NCBI RefSeq assembly: GCF_000143415.4
Contig: NW_003314282.1
Span: forward strand, 949,374 to 1,013,373
Origin: Selaginella moellendorffii
Taxonomy: Eukaryota; Plantae; Lycopodiophyta
Direction: 5' to 3'
DNA: 64,000 nt
The position numbers and the translations under genes were made by a program. A model generated the notes under the pieces. The model did not search any database, had not been told where the DNA came from, and saw only the letters and a program-made list of their open reading frames with translations. Shown piece by piece: positions 52,291 to 62,289 of this stretch; within the stretch, counting starts at the first letter, position 1; every line of letters begins with the position of its first letter.

Positions 52291-52540
52291 CGCAACACTT
52301 TCTTATCTCAGCATCGGAGATGTACTCTAGCAAAATTTTATTTCCCAGCTGTTGTTTTCCACAAAATCGTGGAGCTCTTGCCGTCTACATGCCGTCGAGT
52401 GGATCAAGCAGAACAGGGGCGTGGGGACCATCCAGGGCCTGTCAAGCTCAAGAAGTTCACGTTCCCGCCACATTTTGAAGGTTACTTTCCTGCCCAGAGC
52501 TTCAGTGATGAGGAACATCCCGGTCGCGGCCGCCATGTAA

Positions 52541-52546
52541 GTTCGC

Positions 52547-52600
<54 letters not shown>

Positions 52601-53372
52601 CATACCACCGAGAAGATCATCCAAAAGCTGGCTTCCAGTGTCACGGATTTTCGCTTTGAAGAGCCTCATTCCCAGTGAGATAGCCGACTTGCTGGAAAAT
52701 AGCAATAAGCGATCCAAGGCACTTACCACTATCTTTTCTGCCGTCTTGTCGACCTTTGGTTCGGACAATCCCGTTAAGCTCTGGCAGATAGAAGAAAATC
52801 CGATAAGGGAAAAAGAAAAGATCAATCGATTGGCACCTTCTTTGTTTGCAGTCCATTGCATGTATGACTTCCCGCGTCCTGGAGGCTTTTTCACATCCCC
52901 GGCATTGATTCCGGAAGAACAAGTTATCTCGAAGGCCGAGAGACCGATCTAAAGACTGACGCCTGTCAATCGTCTCAAAGGTCCTCCTCCTCATGCGAGG
53001 GCAACGATTCCGGACTGGCAAAACTCAGCTCGCGCAAGCCGAGCATCTGCCGTTGGGCTTATACGGAGTTAATGGTAAAAAGTGGACATCGACACCAAGA
53101 TGGCATTGTATGATCGTTTTCCTTTAATTTCTTTGCTGTGAATTCTAAACGATGCTTGCAGCCGTCCCGATGGAATCATTCCCATCGCGGAAAGGTTTGG
53201 ACTGGATCCAACAGCTGCTCTTGACAAACGTAAGTGTTTTAGCTATTGGTCTCGTGAGTAACTTTCGGTTTTCCAGATTGTGTACATGCTCGATCATACA
53301 CGCACGAACATCAATACAACCTTCTGATCGCCTTAGCGGCTAAAATGACTGAAAACCGATCAGGCTCTTGGT
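52541..53372. pseudogene. DMC1: DMC1 pseudogene fragment with internal inversion (5' part on minus, 52541-53007; 3' part on plus, 53008-53372)
   Basis: Minus: FETID.., GLSEPKVDKTAEKIV|gt, GYLTGNEALQ, TGSQLLDDLLGG|gt. Plus: FRTGKTQLA..LPLGLYGVNGK, HQYNLLIALAAKMTE..IRLL|gtaag. Confidence 0.85.
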
Positions 53373-53604
53373 AAGAAATAATTATCTTCTATCCAGTTCT
53401 TACAAGGAAGTGCAGACTGTCGGGTGGTGTTCTCAATGCTTGCATGCAAGGCTTTAGTTGATGGTACTAGCTCGCAAACAAAATCGAAGACAAACAGCTA
53501 CTCGTGCCTTGTTGATCTCTGTCGGGATATTGAGCAGCTAGTTATACGTTCGCGTTTCTCCTACGTGGCTTACTCATTTACACGAGAACAAGTAAATCAA
53601 TAAG

Positions 53605-53815
53605 GTCTCTTGGATGATCTTCCGGAGCTGCTCTTCTTGGTGGAGCGGATGAGGATCACCAAGACGCGCAACAATCTGTGCTCCATGGACGATCTTCCCG
53701 ATGACGTTCTCATCCGGATCCTGTCCCTGCTCAATTGTATTGGGGTAGCCTGGTGAGCAAGACATCTGGCAAGGCTAGTCACGCACTTCAGGTTTGGCAG
53801 CAGCAGCTGTCTTTG
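53605..53815 (+). pseudogene. F-box 5' fragment
   Basis: LDDLPELLFLVERMRITKTRNNLCSMDDLPDDVLIRILSLL with deletions; sits between the DMC1 fragment and the LTP gene as in the other module copies. Confidence 0.8.
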
Positions 53816-54403
53816 ACGAGTTTAGTACCATGGCAGGACGACGATTGAGAGATGTCGTCAAAGAAACTCTCATCGCTAAAGCGTGGCCAATTTGGTCCGA
53901 AAACTCGCGTCGTCATCGCTGGCCTCTCCAACGATTACTCTCAGTACGTGACCACTTTCGAGGAGTATCAAATCCAGCGAGATGAGGTTGGCGTCGCCTC
54001 CGGATCTTGCTGGCACTGAAGAGATGCACGGTAGAGATTACATTGTGGCCGGTTGGCGAACTCCAAGTCGTGAACTTTCAAGACTTCTGCGTCAAAAGCC
54101 GATCGATGTCCATAGGCTGACCATTAAACTGTCGATGGAGACAATATACGAAGGTGTGCGTCTCTGCAAGAAATAGGAAATCGTTGATATCTGGCAAGCT
54201 TACCTCAGGAAGATCGAGAGGGGATCACTTTGACTAAGCTGTTCGTCCTGGACATAAGCTCGATTACAATCAAACAGTGAGCACTTTTTAACAGACCTTC
54301 GTACGCTTGGAACCTCGCTTGTGTTGCACCTGATGCTTTGCGACCCCAGGAATTCACGTCTTGTTTGTACTTAAAAAGGAACGACTGCAAGTGAAGGCGT
54401 TCC

Positions 54404-55079
54404 ATGGCTCTGACACTCGTCGCCATTCTATCCTTCGTTCTTGCTGCTGCAGTTGCTGGCTCACGAGCGTGTAACATCCAGCAAGTAACACTGATGTTGC
54501 AACCGTGTTCCCAATCTCCGCACGACTGGCCGACGCAGGCCTGCTGCGACAATCTCCAGGGAATTGCCGAATCTTGCACCTGCGAAGTGCTTCTCAACGC
54601 CACCAAGTCTTTTGTCCCGGTTGATCTGCCAGCAAAATGTGAGATGGAACAACTGCAAGTTCAATGCAAACAAGGTACGTACCTGTGGTTCAGTTTCTAG
54701 CGATCGAGAGCTCAACTCTCTCCTGGCCAGATACAGCACCAGCAGCATCAGCAGCAGTAACTCTTGTCCAAACCCATAGAGGTGAGAAACAAAAGCAGGG
54801 ACAGACTAGTTTCTCAAAACCTTGTTTTAACGCTGTGTGTCCTCAGAACATCACCGTCATCAGCAGTTGAGTTACTGTTATGATACGGACGACGATGTAC
54901 CACCACCTCCAGCACCACCTCGACTTATTGATCCTCGAGAGCGTCAATACGCAACAGCTGTGCAGCTGCCGCCGGGCACTACAATTGCTGCGGCTTCCTC
55001 CGGATCCCTGTGTCTTACAAACCATGTACCTCTTTTAGCAGCTGCTCTCGCTATACTCGCAATAAAGTGGTCGTCGTAA
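54404..55079 (+). CDS. GPI-anchored lipid-transfer-protein-like (LTPG/xylogen-like, prolamin 8-Cys); exons 54404-54674, 54731-54781, 54847-55079 (about 184 aa)
   Basis: Signal peptide; complete C-C-CC-CxC-C-C motif; two GT-AG introns keep the frame; Pro-rich linker; AASSGS followed by hydrophobic tail VPLLAAALAILAIKWSS typical of a GPI signal. Confidence 0.8.
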
Positions 55080-55648
55080 CAAGAGAGCTTCCGAATCTCA
55101 CTGTACCTGAAATTCTTCGTCTTCATTTTTCTTTCGGGGATGCTCTAGCTTTAACCACCGCTGCTTGATGCCGATCTTCCATCGCAAGTGATGCTCAGCC
55201 ATCCCCTTCGAGCCAATAAATCTCGAAAACTTTTGTAAACGCACGACACCTGACACAAGTACGAGCAAGATGTCAAGAACTAACAAACAAACAAATAAAT
55301 GAGACAACTTACCAGAACACCTTCACTCGAGAGGGACGGGGTCAAGCGTCACACAAAAGTCACCATGACTCAAGACTCAAGACTTTGAGAAATGTGCCTG
55401 GAAAAATACACAATAAAGTAAGAGAAATCTGCTTTATACAAGAAACAGCCCCTTGATTCATTTGAAACACACTCTCAAGTCGTGTCGCTGATCTTCCACC
55501 TCATAAGGAGCCGCGCTAGTAAATATAGATACACGATCCCGTGAGTAAGCACAAAGATCTCTCTCGACGCAAAACGCCCGTGGCAAAATACCTGGGACGT
55601 TCGCGAGCTCGCTGAAGAAGAAACTGAACAAGGATCCATCTGGCCTGC

Positions 55649-57337
55649 TCAGCTTCCAGCAACAGCTATCGCACCCAGCGGCAAACCAAGCGTGTTGGTC
55701 TTCGAACCACCCGTAGCCTCGACCCTAGACGCGGCAGCTGCTTCCAACCGCTTCCAGTTGTTCTCCCGTTTCTCTTCCAGGCCCTTCGACTTCTCCTCTT
55801 CCTCAAGATACTTGCGCTGACACTCGTCGAAAAGATCTTTGTCCATCTCCAGAAACATCTTCCGTACGTTGACAGTTAAGCCGTGCACGGTCTGGTTCCA
55901 GTGATTCCTGGTGTTTCTCTCCAATGCTGAGAACACGAGAGGCAGCACTGTTTGCCGGTTCTGAGTCACCAGGCTGATAATATGATCATTGTTCCACAAG
56001 AACAGAGCACGTTCCGCCACCTATAAAAACCAGCAAATCAGACCGCAAACCAAAAGAAACCAAGGGGAAACACCAAAATGTACCTGGAAATGCGAACTGT
56101 TGAGACAGCGACTGACTTGCCGAAACAACGGCAGCATACAGCGTTGGAACTCTGGTGCTTGAGTCGCCTCTAAAACCTCCTCCAACTCGGCAAGAAACAG
56201 CACCTCCTTCTGACTGTTAGTGATCGGCCAGTACTTGAGTAAGCCCCGGATCACCGTGTCCGCCAGCTTCATATCTTTCTCCACAAACTGAGTGATGCAG
56301 TATAAAAGCTGCTGGTGGTAGAGTGTCACACATTTCGGCTTGTGCAACGGAATCAGCGCCCTGACGAGAGACAACTTGTGCTCTTCCTTGAGTGGCAGCG
56401 CAAAGCCGTTGATTATGCTCCCCAAGATCTCAAGAAGCTCGGCAATGCCATTGTGCTTTTCCGTCTCAAAGATGAACCTGTAGAAAATGTTGTTGAAAGC
56501 CTTCCTGATGAATGGACGGTGGACCATGAACTTCCCGTAAATCCGGTGAAGGATGGTCTTCAAGTAATCTCTTTCGCGCGGGTCCTCCGAATCAAAGAGA
56601 TCCAGCAGCCTCAGTACGAATGCATGATCAATGTACCTCTTAGCCTGCTTTGCATCCGTGTCCGGCGACGCAACAAATCTCAGGAGGAGCTCGTACACGA
56701 GTGAGAGATGAGGCCATGCCGGATCCATGGTTGGCTCCTCTTCTTCCGGATCATGCCCTTCGGAGACAGAGCTAGAATGCGGCGAAGGTGGCAATGACCG
56801 GAACAAGTTCACCGAAACCATCTTCACGATCTCTTCGTACGCCACCTCGTTGAGCTTGATGTTCCCTGGAGAGCCTATAAAATCCACCGTCTCGACCAAA
56901 GCCTGCCGTTTCACCTCCTTCTCCTTGATGTTCTTCGAGGGATCCGTGAAGTCAGATAGAACACTGCAAAGCTTGAGTTTCCTCCCGAGCAGCGCCAGCT
57001 TCTCCGAGCTAGGCACGTCCTTGAACGAAGGTAAGTGCTCAAATCCGGAAGAGGAATTCGCAGGCGGCCCATCTACAGGTGACCCAGGAAGGTGTCTAAG
57101 ATCCTGTTTGCTGCCCATCACCATCCCCAGAGTGATCGAATTGGAGTTCATGACGTCATTGGGAGTACTCCATCGCGGCACAGCCACTGTTCCTTGTTGT
57201 GCTACATATCCCTGGCTTCTACCATTGCTGTGGAGTGGCGATGGATTGCTGGAGGGCTTGTTGTCCCCGCCGGAAGAGTTGTCGATCTTCGATGAAGAGC
57301 TCTTGACCGGAAAGAAGTTTCTCCATCTCTTTTTCAT
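55649..57337 (-). CDS. Protein phosphatase 2A regulatory subunit B' (B56 family); exons 57337-56084 and 56020-55649 (about 541 aa)
   Basis: Hallmark motifs [86 protein letters not shown]|[11 protein letters not shown]; intron 56083-56021. First ATG at 57337. Confidence 0.95.
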
Positions 57338-58120
57338 ACCTGGCAAGAGATCGTACGCCTGTATCGAAGAAATGCCCCCTTGCAAACCCCGCTCTAGACT
57401 AGGCTAGACCCATTCGATGCCGCCAGATCGATTCATTCACAGCAGATTTGGGATCCAGCCCCAGCTTCTGGTGTATGAATCACGGCGGCGATCTGCAAGC
57501 TCTTGGACAAAACACCAAAATTTAGGAAGCTCGGGAGCTTGGCTAGCTAGAAGAACCTGGCATCAGCGCTGATCTGATCGCGACGATTCCAAAACCCCAA
57601 CCACAGCCATTTCGCTGCTCGATTTCGCCGAGGTCGCTGCGCCTTCTTCCGGGAGCTAGATTGGCGATGCCGCTTCGAGTCCCTGGCGGAGCGCTCGAAT
57701 CGCGATGCCCTAGCGCTATCTATCGCTTGCGCAGCCGGCAAAATACTTGCAGCGCTAGGCGCCTAGCTACAGCCCCAAAAGAAATAACGTTTTTACCCAA
57801 GAGGTTTTACGATAGAGAAAAAAACACGAGATATTCCCAAATATACCACACTCACACTTGCGTGGCGCCGTCACAACCGTTAGATGCGCGACAAAGAAAC
57901 ATTTAAAAAGAAAAACCATTTATCAGACCCCGCGTCAACGTGGCCCAATCCTGGCCGTCTGATCCCACAGTACAAATTTTTTCTTGCTACACGAGAGAAT
58001 CGAACCCCGCGCTGTTACATTGGAGAGAAAATGCTCTCTAGATGGAACAAAAAGCAAGCACACAGCCATGGCCGCCGCGACGAAAAGAGGGATTCAACCA
58101 GAGAAATTTCTTTCCTTTCA

Positions 58121-58516
58121 TCAAATCGCTGCCGATGCCGCTGCTTCTGGGGCCGCGGATGATTCCGGGGCCGCTTCCTCTTCCTTCTCGCTCTGGGAAT
58201 CTCGCGAAGAATTCATCGTCACTTGGAACCCTAGCCACATGAGCGTGACCTCCTCTCGCGGCGCCGCCTGTGGCTGCTGTTGTTGATTATCCTCCTCGAA
58301 ATCATACGCTTCGGGCTCCTCCCCTTCCTCCTCTTCCTCCTCTTCATCCTGTTCTTCCTGTTCCTCCTCCTCCTCATCATCCCCCTCGTCCATCGCGTCG
58401 AATTCCTCCTCCAGAGGCGCGCGCTGCTGCTGCTGCTGTTGGAGGTGCTTGGCCTCGGCGGCGGCAATCGCTGCAGCGGCGGCTACCGCCAGAGAGGGAG
58501 GAAGCGGCAGGCCCAT
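58121..58516 (-). CDS. Hypothetical low-complexity acidic / poly-Q protein
   Basis: Open frame from ATG 58516 with poly-A, poly-Q and E/D tracts; possible short in-frame intron (gaggag|gtcacg..cccag). No recognisable domain. Confidence 0.3.
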   Translation of the reverse strand: MGLPLPPSLAVAAAAAIAAAEAKHLQQQQQQRAPLEEEFDAMDEGDDEEEEEQEEQDEEEEEEEGEEPEAYDFEEDNQQQQPQAAPREEVTLMWLGFQVTMNSSRDSQSEKEEEAAPESSAAPEAAASAAI

Positions 58517-58639
58517 CGCGTTGCCGCAAAGAGAGGAGACCCTAAACGAGGAGGAGGGAATAAACGGAGGAATCTGGCTTTTAACTCCGCCCAATCATTT
58601 GTTGGAGGGAATTGTAACGTTGGCTCTGAGCGGGAGTCA

Positions 58640-58723
58640 GTCAGGATGGCCGAGTGGTCTAAGGCGCCAGACTCAAGTTCTGGTCCTCTACCGAGGGCGT
58701 GGGTTCGAACCCCACTTCTGACA
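58640..58723 (+). tRNA. tRNA-Leu (CAA)
   Basis: GTCAGGATGGCCGAGTGGTCTAAGGCG CCAGA-CT-CAA-GT-TCTGG, long variable arm, GGTTCGAAC T-loop, acceptor 3' TTCTGACA; 84 nt; TTTTT Pol III terminator at 58729-58733. Confidence 0.97.
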
Positions 58724-59338
58724 AAGCATTTTTATATAATTTGTTTATTACGTGGCAAAATTCGCGGCGTTCAATGCTCACCGCCGGATTTTATCCACGT
58801 AGCATTCAAATAATGACGTGGCAAAAAGCTGCTTAAAAATGAGGTGGCGAAGTCTTGAGATCAAGGCCAATGTTAGCTCTTGCCTGCGTCAAAGATGTTA
58901 TTTAATTAAATCTTGTAGTTGTAGTATAGCTCCAATAACATTGTGATTCCAGCGGTGTTGGCAATGTATATTTTCGCCAGCTGTTTTTTCTTCACAAATT
59001 TATAAATTTTGCAAAATTTAAATTACACTCTGCCTTAAAGAAAAGTGTTGCTCCTTCAAAAACACATCATCCACTGAAAGTGTTTGTGCGCGCCCCATCC
59101 ATGCTTATTCCAGATTCATATTGCTGTTGGGGAATATAGGTCTGCGGTGGTGGCAGCCCCTTGCTCGACATGTGGCTGCTTCTCCATCCAAGACTGATCA
59201 AATTCCATGTCTGGGCTTGAAAAAATCTCCTCAAGAAACTCTTCATCCATTTCCTCGCTGGTATCGAACCTATAAATTCCTCGAGGCTACTTAATTGTTT
59301 TAAGGCAAGATTTTAGGGCAAGATTTTAGGGCACTGGG

Positions 59339-60907
59339 ATGAAAAGGCCGAGGAGCGCCTTGGATGATCTTCCGGACGAGATTCAGCACAGCGAGCTGCT
59401 CTTCTTGGTCGACCGGATGAGGATCACTGAGAGGCGCAACAATGTGTGCTCCATGGGCGATCTTCCCGACGACGTTCTCATCCGGATCCTGTCCCTGCTC
59501 GCCTCCTCGCGCCAATTGTATTGGTGTAGCCTAGTGAGCAAGAGGTGGGCGCATCTGGCAAGGCTAGTCACGCACTTCAGGTTGGAATCGTCCGGTGAGC
59601 ACGAGCAACAGGGTCTCCTTTCCTGGTTTGGCAGCAGCAGCAATCTCCGCTCCCTGTCTTTGACAGGTTTTTCAAAGCAGCCACGCTCTTGTCTTGACTG
59701 GCTACCGGTGATTGGAAAAACCCTCCACTCCCTTACCATCAGCGTCAGTGTGGATGGTTTCTGGTCCAGCATTCTCGCCTGCCAGCAGCTACGGTGCCTC
59801 CATATCAACGATGGTGTCGAGCTTGGCGGCCCTCTCACGACCAAGGCAGCGGCTCCAATTCTTCCCGCGCTCGTCTACTGCTTCATACGCACACGCTTGG
59901 ACGTGGCCACGACGAAGCAGCTCCTCGAGTTGTGCCCCTCGCTCGTCTACTTCCGGCTGACCCAGCTGCTTGTGGAATCGGCCGGAACGCATTTGCTCAA
60001 GAGTCACAGCCTCGACTCCCTGGTGATTCGCGCCCACAGGGTCCCCGGCAGGAGCGTTACCAACTTTTCTCTCGCGCTCGACATGCCCAAGCTCCGGTGG
60101 ATGTCTGTCACCGTGGTACCGCGCGTGGAGCTCGCGCCGTCTACGTGCAACGTGGAATGGGTGAAGCTGCATGGGCAAGTGCGAATCATCCAGGGCTTGG
60201 TCATGTCCAAGCTCAACAGGCTCACGCTCAGCAATACCTTCCGAGGCAATGCCCACGTCGAGCGAATTCTCGAGCCGTTTGTTTGCAGGAGGTCGAGCAT
60301 CAGTGGCATCAAGCAGCTCGACCTGTTTATGGATTCGGCCGACTTCGAGCCCAGATCCGTTAACCTCGCACAGCTCTTGGAGTCGTTCCATGGCCTTGAG
60401 GCGCTTTACATTGCTCGTCTCACCATCAAGGTACATATTTTTTCTTCTCAAGGATCGTGTCTATATTTGTGTACCAGTTACAAATTTGGACTGCTTTTTG
60501 TGTTTCAGAGCTTGAGCCTTGCGGGGTGGAGCAGCAGGCACGCGCCACTGCGCGTGCACATTGACACCTCCTACTCGAACAAGCGGGTGCCGTGCTGGGA
60601 CAGTGACGAGATCGAGTTTGTGCAGGAGCTGGTGGTGAGCAGCAGCTGTGTGACGCAGCTCGTAGTAACAGGCATTGTGTGCATTGAGGAGCCGCCTGAA
60701 TTTCGGCCCCGGGTGCCTCCGGCGATCGTGGAGCTCGGCACAGCGTTCCCCGGTCGTGTCAAGGTACATCCCATCCGCTTTGGCATGCCGCCGCACTGCG
60801 GCATTGTCTGGCGCTGCATGAAGCCCAAGCTTGATTCGGAGGCGCCCTACACTGCAATCCACCACCGGTGCGCAGGTTTCGACGAGAACGCGGAGGCGTG
60901 TGCGTGA
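59339..60907 (+). CDS. F-box/LRR-like protein, intact copy 4; exons 59339-60430 and 60509-60907 (about 496 aa)
   Basis: 78-nt in-frame intron 60431-60508; proximal upstream region (59225-59338) nearly identical to that of copy 1 (2015-2127). Confidence 0.88.
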   Translation: MKRPRSALDDLPDEIQHSELLFLVDRMRITERRNNVCSMGDLPDDVLIRILSLLASSRQLYWCSLVSKRWAHLARLVTHFRLESSGEHEQQGLLSWFGSSSNLRSLSLTGFSKQPRSCLDWLPVIGKTLHSLTISVSVDGFWSSILACQQLRCLHINDGVELGGPLTTKAAAPILPALVYCFIRTRLDVATTKQLLELCPSLVYFRLTQLLVESAGTHLLKSHSLDSLVIRAHRVPGRSVTNFSLALDMPKLRWMSVTVVPRVELAPSTCNVEWVKLHGQVRIIQGLVMSKLNRLTLSNTFRGNAHVERILEPFVCRRSSISGIKQLDLFMDSADFEPRSVNLAQLLESFHGLEALYIARLTIKVHIFSSQGSCLYLCTSYKFGLLFVFQSLSLAGWSSRHAPLRVHIDTSYSNKRVPCWDSDEIEFVQELVVSSSCVTQLVVTGIVCIEEPPEFRPRVPPAIVELGTAFPGRVKVHPIRFGMPPHCGIVWRCMKPKLDSEAPYTAIHHRCAGFDENAEACA

Positions 60908-62289
60908 ACCAGCGCCTCCTGGTCAACGCCAGCGTTGGCAATCTGCCACCGGTCAACGCATTTGAGATTAGAGGTGGAGCATCTACGCGGCGAGCGGGAA
61001 GAAGTTTGCGGGCGTGGTTCAGCTGCTGGTGTATCGAAATGCCAAGCCAGCAGCCGGGAGATCGCCCGATGAGATCGAAGATGGATGGCGTGGGAATGAA
61101 ACCTCATAAGGTGGCCGAGCTGCGAGGAGTGGAGGAGGAGAGAGCCCCGCTACAGTTCCATCGAAAGTCTTTTGTGGGGATGCGACGCATCACATCCACG
61201 CAGAGCTCCAGATGATCGAGAGCAAGCGTCGCCCGTCGCATGTCTTTGGGCGACGCTACAGAGTTTGCGTCCAAGTGGCACAAGCTTATTGGGAGGCGGA
61301 TGACAGATCGTGATGGCCCATATCAAAGATCTGTCTAAGTCGAAGTTGAAGGTGGAGTCTTCTTTGAAAACAATAAACTCTAGCTTGGAACGAGAATCAC
61401 AGGTGCTTGCGAGGAATAATAATACAATTTTTGCTTGTACGATGTTTTCTTTAAGCTTAAAAAGGTATTTTCCTCTTATTGAGATGCCTTTTGGCTGAGC
61501 TTGCTGACACTGAAGAGATGCACGGTAGAGATTACATTGTGGCCGGTTGAAGTCGTGAATCACGACTTCTGCGTCAAAAGCTGAAGGCTGACCATTAAAC
61601 TGTTCAATAACAAAGCTGCTCCTGTTGATGGAGACAATATCCTCAATGCCTCGTACTCGCACGTCGTGAGCCCGTTCACGGGGACCATCGTTGGAACCGA
61701 GATATCCCACAAGCTGTCCACCAAGGCGAATCGATGGGATGTATGGCCTGGACGCGCTGACGACGATCAATGGCCCGGTTGAATCCAAGTCCGTTATCTT
61801 GATGTCGGGCGAAGTGGACACGAAGGCGCTCCACAAAAGCGCCAAGCTCGCCCTGGTGCTAACGCATGTATTTTTCCAGCTTAAATTTTAAATAAGTTCC
61901 TGTGACAATGTGGTTTGTTTTGCGCAAGAACAAGCAAAAAGCCCGGGTGATCAAGCGTGGTGTTTTTCCATGGACATCTTGAGACGCGTGGATACGACCC
62001 GGCGACCTTTCTGCAAAATCGAACGAGAGAAAAAAGGGGCGCAAGAAGAAGGGCAAAGGAAAAGGTTTTCTGAAGCGAAAAGTGATTTCCGGGAAGTCGA
62101 ACCCGCGACCACTCGAGTATATTCGTATGCTTTAATGGAGGTATATTCTTTTCAATCCGAACCGTGCATCACGTGGACGGCCACGATACAAACCCGAAGA
62201 TTTATTAGGCTAACTTGTATTCTTTATAAAGCACAAACTTTGTACTTGGTACACAATATAGATATGATCATTGAGAAACAAAATGTACG

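Noticed and set aside
53811-53863. Short inverted repeat ctttgacga..tcgtcaaag
   Set aside because: Only 9 bp; too short to support a MITE or miRNA hairpin.
57338-57385. N-terminal extension of PP2A B' in the ORF track
   Set aside because: Begins at TTG, not ATG; probably intron or UTR.
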